From Deltaproteobacteria bacterium (GTDB taxonomy: Bacteria > Desulfobacterota > DSM-4660 > Desulfatiglandales > Desulfatiglandaceae): 42,158 nucleotides of DNA. Location of the stretch: contig QMLQ01000001.1 in the NCBI GenBank assembly GCA_003646815.1, positions 1-42,158 on the forward strand, read 5' to 3'. Shown here piece after piece: positions 1 through 9,582 of the stretch; positions within the stretch are counted from its first letter, which is position 1; each line of letters begins with the position of its first letter. Under the pieces are notes generated by a model. The model did no database searches, was not told the DNA's origin, and saw only the letters and a program-made list of their open reading frames with translations. The position numbers and the translations under genes are program-made.

Positions 1-330
1 AATGAGATAGGTTATAAGCGCAGGGCTTAAGAATGGCATGTCACATGCCACAAAAAAGCCGTATTCTGTAGGGATAGCCTGAAGAGCGGTGTAGATGCCT
101 CCCAGAGGCCCCAATCCTTTGATGATGTCCTGCTCCATGGGCAGGCCGAGAGAGGCATACTCTTGAGGCGTATTGGTGATAAGGATGACGTTTTCAAAAA
201 GCCCTTTCAGAACACTGATTACCCATTCAATCAATGCGGTGCCATTTAATTGCACGAGGGCTTTATTTCGACCGTACCGGCTACTCTTTCCCCCCGCCAG
301 AATAACCCCTGACACATCTCTATAAAGCAT
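1..330 (-). CDS. mobA: Molybdenum cofactor guanylyltransferase MobA; the C-terminus runs off the window start
   Basis: My reverse-strand translation from the ATG (complement of 328-330) reads MLYRDVSGVILAGGKSSRYGRNKAL...GPLGGIYTAL...FFVACDMPFL. This carries the classic MobA LAGGxSxR and ACDMPF motifs. The frame is open to position 1. It is not in the ORF track because it is open-ended. Confidence 0.8.
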   Translation of the reverse strand, partial: MLYRDVSGVILAGGKSSRYGRNKALVQLNGTALIEWVISVLKGLFENVILITNTPQEYASLGLPMEQDIIKGLGPLGGIYTALQAIPTEYGFFVACDMPFLSPALITYLI

Positions 331-441
331 AGCCCGTTACTGAAAATAAGGGGAGTTTCAAGGATTCCAAATGATAAGATCCCGATGCCAATTGAATGGC
401 AAATACCCGATTCCCGGAGACCACGAAAAAATACTGCCCCA

Positions 442-1257
442 TCAAAATCCTTCTATCCTCCGGGCATGACTGTGAATCCGGTTCGATCCCTTTGCCAGGT
501 CCACGAGGGTGACATTGTACACCTTGGCTGCCTCAACCGCCTTGGATGTGGGCCTTGACATGGCCACGAACAGGGGAATCCCGGCCCTGGCAGTCTTGAG
601 AATCATTTCCAGGCTGGCCCGGCCGCTGGAAACCAGGATCTTGTCGTCCATGGGGATGTGCTGGAGGAGGGCAGCCCCTATGACCTTGTCGAGGGCATTG
701 TGACGGCCCATATCCTCACTGAAAAGTACTGGCGCGGCCTTTCTGTCAAGAAGCATGGCTGCATGGGCACCCCCTGTCCTCCAGTACAACTTCTGGTGTT
801 CTTCCAGGCGTCGGGAACATGTGTTAATCATGGCCATGGAAAAGCGCACCCTGCTCCTGACACGGGAAATCCTGGGGTTGAGTTCGCTGTAATTCTGTTT
901 TCCACACACCCCGCAACTGGAAAAGGAAACCCTTTTCATGGCATCTGGCTCGGCACAAGGCGGAGAATTCGCCAGGGTGACATGCGCCTGGATGACATCA
1001 TCCGGATGGCCGTTTTCCCCGGGATGGATATGGCATGCCAGCACCTGGCTGGAATCATTGATGATTCCATCAGTGAACAGAAAGCCATATACCAGCTCTC
1101 TGACGAGAACCGGGGTACACATAATCAGCACCTGTTTTCCCCGGTCAATAGTGATCTCGAGCGGCGCTTCAACCAGGAGGTCCGTCGGTTCAGGAAAAAG
1201 GGACCCCTCTTTGAAGGTAAACGATCTGATGGTCTTGTATGTCTCGTTTTCCGCCAT
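442..1257 (-). CDS. fdhD: Formate dehydrogenase accessory sulfurtransferase FdhD
   Basis: The 271-aa ORF carries SSCGVCGK, GGAHAA and GRHNALDKVIG motifs typical of FdhD. It lies directly upstream of mobA on the same strand. Confidence 0.9.
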   Translation of the reverse strand: MAENETYKTIRSFTFKEGSLFPEPTDLLVEAPLEITIDRGKQVLIMCTPVLVRELVYGFLFTDGIINDSSQVLACHIHPGENGHPDDVIQAHVTLANSPPCAEPDAMKRVSFSSCGVCGKQNYSELNPRISRVRSRVRFSMAMINTCSRRLEEHQKLYWRTGGAHAAMLLDRKAAPVLFSEDMGRHNALDKVIGAALLQHIPMDDKILVSSGRASLEMILKTARAGIPLFVAMSRPTSKAVEAAKVYNVTLVDLAKGSNRIHSHARRIEGF

Positions 1258-1324
1258 GTTATTATCACGATAAATCGGATTTACCTGATCAGGATCCTGT
1301 CCGTCCTGTTATCCTGCCAGAGGT

Positions 1325-1729
1325 TTATTTCCGCTCGCACAGCTCCACCAGGACACCATTGGTTTCCTTGGGATGGATGAAAGCGATTCTCGCTCCCCCT
1401 GCGCCGTGCCTGGGGGCCTGGTCTATGAGCCGGACTCCCTTTTGCTTTAATTCCTCGAGGGCCTCCTCAATATTTTCCACCCGGAATGCAATGTGTTGAA
1501 TTCCTTCTCCCCGGGAAGCGATATATTTTGCCACGGGACCGTCCTCGTGGGTGGATTCCAGCAGTTCCACCTCGCTGTCCGTGATGGGGATAAATGCCAC
1601 GTTGACCTTCTGGTCAGCGACATTTTCGATTCCAGCGATTTCTAGCCCAAGGACTTCGGTATAAAATTTGCCGGCCTGGGCTATTTCTTTTACTGCAACC
1701 CCGATATGATCGATATGTTTGATCTTCAT
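1325..1729 (-). CDS. mce: Methylmalonyl-CoA epimerase (VOC/glyoxalase fold)
   Basis: The 134-aa ORF starts [13 protein letters not shown] and contains GIQHIAF and AFIHPK, a pattern typical of methylmalonyl-CoA epimerases. An SD-like GGAGG precedes the ATG. Confidence 0.8.
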   Translation of the reverse strand: MKIKHIDHIGVAVKEIAQAGKFYTEVLGLEIAGIENVADQKVNVAFIPITDSEVELLESTHEDGPVAKYIASRGEGIQHIAFRVENIEEALEELKQKGVRLIDQAPRHGAGGARIAFIHPKETNGVLVELCERK

Positions 1730-1937
1730 GGCGCCTCCTTCTTAACTTTCAGTTACAGTCATACCATACCTGTCATTTGTATTCCCGGTCAAGAAGCTTT
1801 TCCCCTGAAAAGGCTTCAGACCCACTTGCATTTGGTTGTTTTCATTATTAGATTAATAAGTCTGTAAAGGTTATTCACTTAAATGCTGCAGCATGAAAGA
1901 GAACGAGAGTCATCCGATTGCGAAAGAGAAAGATTCT

Positions 1938-2097
1938 AACCCGTATTTCTCACGGGCAATCTGCTATGGCGGAGGTCCGTGAGAAAAGCGGGCTAAACCA
2001 GCATGGCTGGACCAAAATAAGCCCAGCCACCCCCGGACATGAAAATACAGTCCGCATATTCGGCCGCCGCCGTGGGTATTTTCACGGTAAAAGTTCA
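1938..2097. repeat. Interspersed structured repeat, copy A (module 1 at 1938-1996 plus module 2 at 1996-2097)
   Basis: Module 1 is a hairpin, CCCGTATTTCTCACGG / CCGTGAGAAAAGCGGG. Module 2 shares 19-, 28- and 13-nt identical blocks with 34134-34235. Module 1 is near-identical to the ends of 36155-36335. Confidence 0.6.
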
Positions 2098-2164
2098 GCT
2101 GGGTAGTTGCCAATAATATTAATATTACAATAGTAAGAACAGGTTACGGGAGGAAAACGGTGCC

Positions 2165-2416
2165 ATGAAAGACAATCCATTCGGCTTTGTACCACCGAAC
2201 ACCCCCACCCAACCGGAAGGCCAGGCAGACTTCGATCAATTCGAAGCCACGGAGCTTTATTGCCCCAAGTGCAGACAGGCAGTACCGGTCAGAAAATTCC
2301 TGCTCCTCATCCTGCCGGATGGTGACAAATATGAATACCGCTGCCAGTATTGCGGGACCAAGGTAGGCGACAAAATGGACAAGACCGGACAATATTACGG
2401 GGTATTGAGGCGATAA
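2165..2416 (+). CDS. Small zinc-ribbon protein of unknown function
   Basis: The 83-aa ORF is preceded by GGGAGGAAAA about 8 nt upstream of the ATG. It has two CxxC pairs (CPKC...CQYC), a zinc-ribbon signature. I recognise no family. Confidence 0.55.
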   Translation: MKDNPFGFVPPNTPTQPEGQADFDQFEATELYCPKCRQAVPVRKFLLLILPDGDKYEYRCQYCGTKVGDKMDKTGQYYGVLRR

Positions 2417-2843
2417 TGACTCTCGGGGAAAAATGGTGAGCACGGACTTTGAAATCCGCACTCACCGTCTGCAGAAGAGAAGCGGTCACTTAAGGTACCG
2501 CGGTTCCCCGGTGGGCGGAAAATGCTTCTTGGCAAGGACCTCTTCCATGTCGTCATACGTCACCTTTGCGTCATCGAAGGTGGCCGTCACTTCATTTTTT
2601 ATTATGATTGACCATTTCTTCACCAATTGATGGTGGTAAGTTTGTCGGGCATCCCGGCATATCCTTACACTTCCCGCTCATTTTTCTTGGAACATCCCAA
2701 TCGCCGATGGCGGGCGGCCTCTTGTTCATACCTTCCCCGCCTTGACACGCGAACCTTTCCAGCACTATACTCCCATCGTAATAACAGGACGCTCGCCATC
2801 CCATGATGGGGCGGAAAGAGCGGCAAGAACAAAAGGGGGAAAA

Positions 2844-3386
2844 ATGAACACAACAGATGAAGCGCAAAAAACCGAGACCACCGGAGGCAGCATCGTGCTC
2901 TTTGAAACATCGGCAGGCGATTTTGAGGTTGAACTTTATCCTGATAAAGCACCCATAACCGTTGAAAACTTTCTCGCCTATGTAAATGAATCCTTCTTTG
3001 ACGGATTGATTTTTCACCGGGTCATTGACGGATTCATGATCCAAGGCGGCGGATTTGATGAAGACATGAACCAGAAGCAAACCAGAAAGCCAATCAAGAA
3101 TGAGGCGGGAAACGGACTGAAAAACGAAAAATACACCATCGCCATGGCACGGACGAATGTGGTGGATTCAGCCACGGCCCAGTTTTTCATCAACGTGGAG
3201 GATAACGATTTTCTGGATCACCGGGATGAAAGTCCCTCCGGGTTCGGGTATGCAGTTTTCGGAAAGGTGGTGAGCGGAACGGATATCATCGATTCCATAA
3301 AGGGGGTTAAAACAACGACCAAAGGGTATTACGAAAACGTCCCTGTGGATCCTGTTATTATCATAAGGGCGTCTGTCAGGGAATAA
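2844..3386 (+). CDS. ppiB: Peptidyl-prolyl cis-trans isomerase, cyclophilin type
   Basis: The sequence [24 protein letters not shown]...[15 protein letters not shown] is canonical cyclophilin. I chose the internal ATG at 2844, preceded by AAAAGGGGGA, over the long 2742 ORF start. Confidence 0.9.
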   Translation: MNTTDEAQKTETTGGSIVLFETSAGDFEVELYPDKAPITVENFLAYVNESFFDGLIFHRVIDGFMIQGGGFDEDMNQKQTRKPIKNEAGNGLKNEKYTIAMARTNVVDSATAQFFINVEDNDFLDHRDESPSGFGYAVFGKVVSGTDIIDSIKGVKTTTKGYYENVPVDPVIIIRASVRE

Positions 3387-3388
3387 TT

Positions 3389-3790
3389 TTTCTTTACCTG
3401 AATGCCATTACCGCTGTGGGGGCGTCCTGGTTCCCGGTCCAGGAACGTGCCACGGCTGCAGGGATCCCAGTGCTTGCCCAGTTCGTGGGAATTATCATCG
3501 CCATGGCCCTCACTCCCTTGCTCACCAACCCGCAAGGCATAACAGGCATACTCCTTTTGTATGGCGTTGTTTCAGGCGCTATTGCGCTTCTTTTCTGTGT
3601 ATTCATGAAGGAAAAACCTCCCACACCGCCGGCCCGGGAAGGAACCGTCGAGCATTTCCGTTTCTTCGAGGGCATACGGGACCTGTTCAAGAACCGGGAT
3701 GTGCTCTTCATGATCATTTTTATCATCCTCTCATTCACCAACCTCTTCATATACACGAGGCTGAAGGAATCAGAAATGATAAGGCAATAG
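3389..3790 (+). pseudogene. Internal fragment of an MFS transporter (both ends truncated)
   Basis: The frame reads ...NAITAVGASWFPVQERATAAGIPVLAQFVG followed by about 3 hydrophobic helices. WFPxxERxxAxG is an MFS mid-protein motif. There is no N-terminal half, the frame begins right at the ppiB stop, and it ends after about 125 aa. The 5' boundary is approximate. Confidence 0.45.
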
Positions 3791-3838
3791 GATCCTTCGG
3801 GAAAAGGACCTGAATCGCGGGAAGGGAGAAATAATTCC

Positions 3839-5422
3839 ATGGCAGCGGGCGAAGACAGATACATCCTGGCCATTGATCTGGGCACCTCGGGCCCCAAGTC
3901 AGCCCTGGTGACCACCACCGGCGAAGTGGTGGATCACGAATTTGAAGAAAATGAGGTCATCCTGCTTCCCGACGGTGGAGCGGAACAGCGCCCGGATGAA
4001 TGGTGGAAAACGATTCTCAGCACTGCCCGCCGGGTCCTTGATAAAGGCCTAGTCCCGAGCCACAATATCGTCGCCGTCTGCTGTTCCACCCAGTGGTCCG
4101 GCACCGTGCCGGTGGACCGGGACGGCAAGGCCGTTTCCAACGCAATCATCTGGCTGGATTCCCGGGGAACCAAGTACATCAGAGATATGGCGGGTGGAAT
4201 TATCAGTGTGGAGGGATATGATCTGTTCAAGCTCTTGAAATGGCTGCGGCTGACCGCGGGGATCCCGAGTCATTCCGGGAAGGATCCCATCGCCCACATC
4301 CTGTTTCTCAAGAATGAACATCCGGATATCTACGCACAAACGTATAAATTCCTGGAACCGAAGGACTACATCAACCTGAAGCTCACGGGAAAGTTCGCAG
4401 CCTCTTTTGACTCCATCGCCCTCCATTGGTTGACGGACAACCGGGACCTGTCCCGGGTGGATTACAACGAATCCCTCCTCAAACTGGCCGGGGTGGAGCG
4501 GGACAAATTTCCGGAACTTAGGAGGGCGGTGGATGTCCTGGGACCCATTAAGAAGGAGATTGCGAAAGAGCTGGGGTTGCGGGAAGATGTCCAGGTAATT
4601 ATGGGAACTCCCGATGTACAGGCCGCGGCCCTGGGCTCAGGTGCGGTCAGGGATTTTGAGGCTCACCTCTATATCGGTACCTCGTCCTGGCTCACCTGTC
4701 ATGTGCCCTACAAGAAGACAGACATCTTTCACAATATGGCAACACTGCCTTCGGCCATGCCGGACAGGTATTTTATTGCCAACGAACAGGAAACAGCAGG
4801 TGGCTGCCTGAATTTCCTGCGGGACAATATCCTCTATCACAAGGACCAGCTCCTCCAGGAAGAGGGAAGGCCTGACGTGTACAAGATTTTTGACCAGATT
4901 GCAGAAGGAGTCTCCCCCGGGAGCGGCAAGGTCATCTTCACACCGTGGCTGTATGGTGAACGCACACCCATCGAGGATCACTCGGTACGGTCCGGGATTT
5001 TCAACCAATCCCTCAGCACCACCCGTGAACACCTGATCCGCGCGGTCCTTGAGGGCGTTGCCTACAACGGCCGGTGGCTGCTGGGCTATGTGGAAAAGTT
5101 CATCCGAAGGCCCCTGGACCCCATCAACATGATCGGCGGCGGGGCCAATTCCGCCGTCTGGTGCCAGATACACGCAGACGTGTTCAACCGTACCATCAGG
5201 CAGGTCAAGGATCCTATCCTGGCCAACCTGCGCGGTGCGGCATTCCTGGCGGCGGTCTCACTCGGGTACTTTCACTTCGAGGACATCCCCGGCCGGATCA
5301 GGATCGCGAACACCTACCACCCCAATCCTGAAAACCGGAAAATCTACGATGAGCTTTTCGCGGAATTCCTGAACATTTACAAACAAAACAGGCGCATCTA
5401 CGCCCGACTGAACCGGTCTTAG
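3839..5422 (+). CDS. FGGY-family carbohydrate kinase (xylulokinase-like, substrate unknown)
   Basis: The 527-aa ORF has an N-terminal [16 protein letters not shown] actin-fold phosphate-1 motif and a C-terminal [16 protein letters not shown] motif typical of FGGY kinases. Confidence 0.85.
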   Translation: MAAGEDRYILAIDLGTSGPKSALVTTTGEVVDHEFEENEVILLPDGGAEQRPDEWWKTILSTARRVLDKGLVPSHNIVAVCCSTQWSGTVPVDRDGKAVSNAIIWLDSRGTKYIRDMAGGIISVEGYDLFKLLKWLRLTAGIPSHSGKDPIAHILFLKNEHPDIYAQTYKFLEPKDYINLKLTGKFAASFDSIALHWLTDNRDLSRVDYNESLLKLAGVERDKFPELRRAVDVLGPIKKEIAKELGLREDVQVIMGTPDVQAAALGSGAVRDFEAHLYIGTSSWLTCHVPYKKTDIFHNMATLPSAMPDRYFIANEQETAGGCLNFLRDNILYHKDQLLQEEGRPDVYKIFDQIAEGVSPGSGKVIFTPWLYGERTPIEDHSVRSGIFNQSLSTTREHLIRAVLEGVAYNGRWLLGYVEKFIRRPLDPINMIGGGANSAVWCQIHADVFNRTIRQVKDPILANLRGAAFLAAVSLGYFHFEDIPGRIRIANTYHPNPENRKIYDELFAEFLNIYKQNRRIYARLNRS

Positions 5423-5438
5423 CCGGCGGAGAATAATC

Positions 5439-6965
5439 ATGGACATTCAAAAACTTTCCAATAGTTTTCTCGGGCGGATGAATCCCCGCCTGGTGACCTG
5501 GGCATTCAAGTACCTGAAAGCAGTGCCCGCGGTCCGCAGAAGGGTGGAAAAGGAATTCGAAACCCTCATGAAAGACATCGAGGAACAGGTAAAGCCATAC
5601 CGCAAGACATCCATTACCTATGCGGGCATGCCTGAAAAGGGAATTGAACGAGAGGATATCCTCAAGGAAATGGAGACCCTCAAGGAGCAGGAGGAATCGC
5701 GCTGGAAAGACGGTTTTGCGTCAGGCGCAGTCTACCATGGCGATGAGGAACACATCCGCTTCCTGAATCAGGTTTACGCCCTTAATTCCCAGACGAACCC
5801 GCTCCATTCAGATATCTGGCCCAGTATCTCCAAGTACGAAGGGGAAATCGTTTCCATGACCGCAGGAATGCTTGGAGGTGGAAAAGGGAATGGACCCGGT
5901 GACCCGGAAAAACAGGTCTGCGGGGTTGTCTCGTCCGGAGGCACCGAAAGCATCCTGCTTGCCATGAAAACCTACCGTGATTGGGCACGAGACAAGAAGC
6001 GGATCACCCGCCCGGAGATGATCGTGCCGGTCACTGCCCATGCGGCCTTTGACAAGGCGTCCCAGTATTTCAAAATAAGGATTAAGCACATCCCGGTGGA
6101 TGAAAATTACCGGGCCGATGTGTCCGCGGCCCGGGAGGCAATCACCAGGAACACTATCGTCATGGTAGGTTCAGCCCCTTCTTTTCCCCATGGCATGGTG
6201 GATCCCATCGAGGAGCTTTCGGAGCTCGCACGGGAGCGGTCCATCGGCTTTCACACGGACGCATGCCTTGGAGGGTTCGTTCTTCCATGGGCCGAACGGC
6301 TGGGATATGATGTTCCTCCATTTGACTTCAGGCTCCCGGGGGTCACTTCCATCTCAGCTGACACGCACAAATACGGGTACGCCGCCAAAGGGACATCTGT
6401 TATTCTTTACCGGGATCTCAACCTGCGCCGGTATCAATACTTTAAGGCCACCGATTGGCCCGGGGGACTCTATTTTTCCGCCACCTTTGCGGGCAGCCGC
6501 CCCGGTGCACTGAGTGCGGCGTGCTGGGCAGCCCTGCTCTCGGTGGGTCAGGAAGGATACCTGGAGGCCACAAGGAAGATCCTCGAAACCGGGGAGAAGA
6601 TAAAGAAGACCATACGTGACATCGAGGATCTTTTCGTCCTGGGAGACCCGCTCTGGGTCATTGCGTTCGGCTCCAAGACCCTTGATATCTATAGGGTCAT
6701 GGACTACATGGCCGGGAAAAACTGGAGCCTCAACGGACTCCATAAGCCTTCCTGTGTGCATCTCTGCATCACCCTGCGGCACACCAGACCCGGGGTGGCC
6801 GAACGGTTCATCAACGACCTGCGATCGGCTGTTGCCTTTGTCAAAGAACATCCCGAGGAGGAGGGCGGCATGGCGCCTGTCTATGGACTGGCTGCGACCA
6901 TTCCCGTCCGGAGCATCGTGGGTGACCTCCTGGAACGCTACATTGATGCGCTTTACAAGGTTTGA
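5439..6965 (+). CDS. PLP-dependent sphingosine-1-phosphate lyase homologue (group II decarboxylase fold)
   Basis: The block [23 protein letters not shown]...[29 protein letters not shown] closely parallels my memory of the PLP-lysine region of eukaryotic SGPL1/Dpl1. It starts 16 nt after the kinase stop. Confidence 0.85.
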   Translation: MDIQKLSNSFLGRMNPRLVTWAFKYLKAVPAVRRRVEKEFETLMKDIEEQVKPYRKTSITYAGMPEKGIEREDILKEMETLKEQEESRWKDGFASGAVYHGDEEHIRFLNQVYALNSQTNPLHSDIWPSISKYEGEIVSMTAGMLGGGKGNGPGDPEKQVCGVVSSGGTESILLAMKTYRDWARDKKRITRPEMIVPVTAHAAFDKASQYFKIRIKHIPVDENYRADVSAAREAITRNTIVMVGSAPSFPHGMVDPIEELSELARERSIGFHTDACLGGFVLPWAERLGYDVPPFDFRLPGVTSISADTHKYGYAAKGTSVILYRDLNLRRYQYFKATDWPGGLYFSATFAGSRPGALSAACWAALLSVGQEGYLEATRKILETGEKIKKTIRDIEDLFVLGDPLWVIAFGSKTLDIYRVMDYMAGKNWSLNGLHKPSCVHLCITLRHTRPGVAERFINDLRSAVAFVKEHPEEEGGMAPVYGLAATIPVRSIVGDLLERYIDALYKV

Positions 6966-7042
6966 TGGCAAGAACTCAGGGACATAGACTGTAGGCATTT
7001 AGGCAAACGCCTAAACAACCTGCATAGTTAGAAGGTTTGAAG

Positions 7043-8791
7043 ATGGAACAAAACAACGCTCCTGCCCGGCTGGATCTGGTGGCCATGAAAAAGGTCCCTG
7101 CGGATCTGGTAGTTACCAACGGGACCTTGTTCAATTGCTTTACCGGTGAATTCCTGGAAGGCCATTCTCTCTGGATCAAGGAGGGATGGATTGCGTATGC
7201 GGGCCCTGACCCGGAACCTCTCCAGAATGACAATACCAGGATCATGGATGTGAAAGGGATGGTCCTCGTTCCTGGACTGATGGACGCACACACCCATATT
7301 CTGAACCTCACCGGGATCGAGGAATTCGTGCGGCATGTGATCCCCTCGGGAACCACGACGGTCGTAACTGAAACCACGGAACTTGCTACCGTGTCTGGTA
7401 TTGACGGGATCAAATACTTCGTGGAGGGAATCAAGGATCAGCCCATCCGATGCTACTACACGCTGTCACCCCTCTGCGGCATCAGTCAGTCCGTGGAAAA
7501 TGGAGCGCCTTCCAACAGCCAGGTATTTCATTTTCTGGAGGACTCCTGGTGTCTTGGGATTGGGGAAATTTACTGGGGCAACATGCTGCTCGAAAACAAG
7601 CAAGGGCAGCGGGTCAAAGAACTTGCCCGGCGGGCACTCCTTTTCGGAAAGCGTGTGGAATGGCACTCGGCCGGGGCTTCGGGAAATAAACTGCAGGCCT
7701 ATACCTCCCTGGGGATTTCTTCGTGCCATGAGCCCATCACAGAAGAGGAAGTCCTGGAACGGCTCAGGCTCGGCTACTGGGTCATGATCAGGCAGGGGGC
7801 CATCCGCAAGGAACTTGAAGGAGTAAAAGGGATCTTTCAGCAGTCCATAGACAAACGGCATCTTATCCTTTGCACGGACAGCATGGACCCGGAGGGTTTC
7901 CTGTCGGAGGGGTATCTGGATGCAGCCGTAAGGGATGCGCTCAATTTGGGAGTTCCCCCTTCACTTATCTACCAGATGGTCACCCTGAATGTCGCTGAAC
8001 ATTTCCGACTGGATCACCTACTGGGTTCATTGTCCCCGGGGAAACTTGCCGACCTGGTTATCATTCCCTCTCCCCAAGACTTCTCTCCCAGGACAGTCAT
8101 GCGTCAGGGCCAGGTCATCTTTCAGGACGGCAGGAACCTTGTGGAACCACGGGAAGCGGTTTTTCCGGAGAATTTCTTTTGTTCAGTGAACCTTCCTGAA
8201 ATGCCGGTGATTATGCCGCCCGAAAAGGGGAAAGTGCGGGCCATCGAGATGGTGACCAGGCTCGTGACAATGGAAACGGTGGTTGACCTTGGCGACCAGT
8301 GGGCTCCGGGAAGCTTGAATATGGTTCTGGCCGTTGACCGCACGGGAAGCGGAGAATCATTCCTTGGATTTCTCAAGGGATTCGGCTTGCAGCAGGGAGC
8401 GTGCGGTTCCACCATGTGCTGGGATACGCCGGACATGCTTGTAATAGGCTGTGACCAATCTTCCATGGAAACGGCTATCAACCGACTGAAAGAACTGGGA
8501 GGAGGCGCGGTCTATGCGGTGGGCGGTGAAGTGGTTGCAGAATTCCCGGCAACGCTCTGCGGCGTTGTCAGCCTTGCGCCCATGAAAGAAGCCCGGGATC
8601 AGATCACACGTTTTGAAGAAACCCTGAAGCAAAACGGCGTCCCTTGGGAAAACCCGCTTCTCACTCTCAACACCCAGGGGAATGCCGCCATTCCCCACTT
8701 TCGATTGACCCATGAGGGTTATGTCAGGATGAAGGACCGGAAAGTTCTCTCACTCATGGTCTCGGAGAAGCAGGAACGAGTTCAGCCCTGA
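7043..8791 (+). CDS. Adenine deaminase-family amidohydrolase (divergent)
   Basis: It has VPGLMDAHTHI (HxH), GIGEIY, EWHSAG, SCHEP, LCTDS and PGKLADLV motifs, plus a C-terminal GFGLQQGA...GGGAVYAV domain collinear with E. coli Ade as I recall it. I prefer the ATG at 7043, and a TTG at 7037 is possible. Confidence 0.7.
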   Translation: MEQNNAPARLDLVAMKKVPADLVVTNGTLFNCFTGEFLEGHSLWIKEGWIAYAGPDPEPLQNDNTRIMDVKGMVLVPGLMDAHTHILNLTGIEEFVRHVIPSGTTTVVTETTELATVSGIDGIKYFVEGIKDQPIRCYYTLSPLCGISQSVENGAPSNSQVFHFLEDSWCLGIGEIYWGNMLLENKQGQRVKELARRALLFGKRVEWHSAGASGNKLQAYTSLGISSCHEPITEEEVLERLRLGYWVMIRQGAIRKELEGVKGIFQQSIDKRHLILCTDSMDPEGFLSEGYLDAAVRDALNLGVPPSLIYQMVTLNVAEHFRLDHLLGSLSPGKLADLVIIPSPQDFSPRTVMRQGQVIFQDGRNLVEPREAVFPENFFCSVNLPEMPVIMPPEKGKVRAIEMVTRLVTMETVVDLGDQWAPGSLNMVLAVDRTGSGESFLGFLKGFGLQQGACGSTMCWDTPDMLVIGCDQSSMETAINRLKELGGGAVYAVGGEVVAEFPATLCGVVSLAPMKEARDQITRFEETLKQNGVPWENPLLTLNTQGNAAIPHFRLTHEGYVRMKDRKVLSLMVSEKQERVQP

Positions 8792-9518
8792 AGCTTCCCA
8801 CCTTTACCTTGGATTCCACCTTGACCGGGATTCTTTCCTTGTCCGCAGTAAACCATATCCGAAGAGTGGCATTCTTGCTTTTTTTGAAAACGCCACCGAT
8901 ATGTTTCAAATCAGGCTCCACCAGAAACGTGTCATAACGCTTTTTCCCCACCCGGATGATTTCTCTCCGCACCACCGTTGCCTTCCCCATTACGCACTTT
9001 TTTCCGTCAGACACCGGCACTTCGATTATCTTTCCCGCTTCTAGTTGCTGGAGCCGAAAGACATAGAATATGGACAGGGGATCAAAAGCGCCGGGCAGGA
9101 GATTGACGGTATCTTCCTTTTTTCCATTCTTTTCATATGTCGCCACTTTTTTCTCCCAATCAAAACGAACTTCTTCATCTCTTTTTTTCTTGCCCCGGGT
9201 TTCCTTTTTATAGAGGAGGGAACGGGTGACGGCCTTGTTGGTGAAGGCCTCAATACGCTGCCTCAGTTTGTAAAAAAGATCCACAAAACTGTATGTGGTG
9301 GTGGTCATCACAAAGTGGTAGACCTGCTCCCCTTTTATCTCTTTCATGGGCAGGACTTCCAGGCGCATTTCTCCTGCGGGTATAGAGAGCCATCCCACCT
9401 TGTAGAGGAGTTTTTCTCCTGGAGCAAAGGGGAAAGGAATATCAGCCCCCTCCACCCGCTGCCAGGATCCAATGATCATGATGAACAGGATAATGAAAAA
9501 TACATTGCTGAACCGCAT
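8754..9518 (-). CDS. DUF3108-like secreted protein
   Basis: Starting at the internal Met (MRFSNVFFIILFIMIIGS) gives a signal-like N-terminus. The overall pattern (LYKVGWLSIPAGEMRLEV...) resembles DUF3108 from memory. Its 3' end overlaps the convergent amidohydrolase gene by 38 nt. Confidence 0.55.
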   Translation of the reverse strand: MRFSNVFFIILFIMIIGSWQRVEGADIPFPFAPGEKLLYKVGWLSIPAGEMRLEVLPMKEIKGEQVYHFVMTTTTYSFVDLFYKLRQRIEAFTNKAVTRSLLYKKETRGKKKRDEEVRFDWEKKVATYEKNGKKEDTVNLLPGAFDPLSIFYVFRLQQLEAGKIIEVPVSDGKKCVMGKATVVRREIIRVGKKRYDTFLVEPDLKHIGGVFKKSKNATLRIWFTADKERIPVKVESKVKVGSFRAELVPASPRP

Positions 9519-9582
9519 GAAGCTTCTTCTATGGTATCCCAATTTATGGCCCTCAACTTCCTTCAAAATGCCTATCTGATTT

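Noticed and set aside
1918-2106. A 62-aa plus-strand ORF lies in the mce / zinc-ribbon intergenic region.
   Set aside because: It lies entirely within repeat copy A. The same repeat is read in a different frame at 34134-34235, so the repeat is non-coding.
2486-2623. A 45-codon minus-strand ORF has a GTG start ((V/M)KKWSIIIKNEVTATFDDAKVTYDDMEEVLAKKHFPPTGEPRYLK).
   Set aside because: The sequence looks protein-like, but it has no ATG start, no RBS and no family I recognise. It could be a gene remnant, and the evidence is too weak to call.
6354-6998. Several minus-strand ORFs (for example 6354-6998 at 214 aa, 4637-5173, 3394-3918, 2592-3080) lie opposite the kinase, lyase, MFS-fragment and ppiB region.
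   Set aside because: All are antisense to ORFs with strong family motifs, and none has a recognisable domain or a credible translation start.
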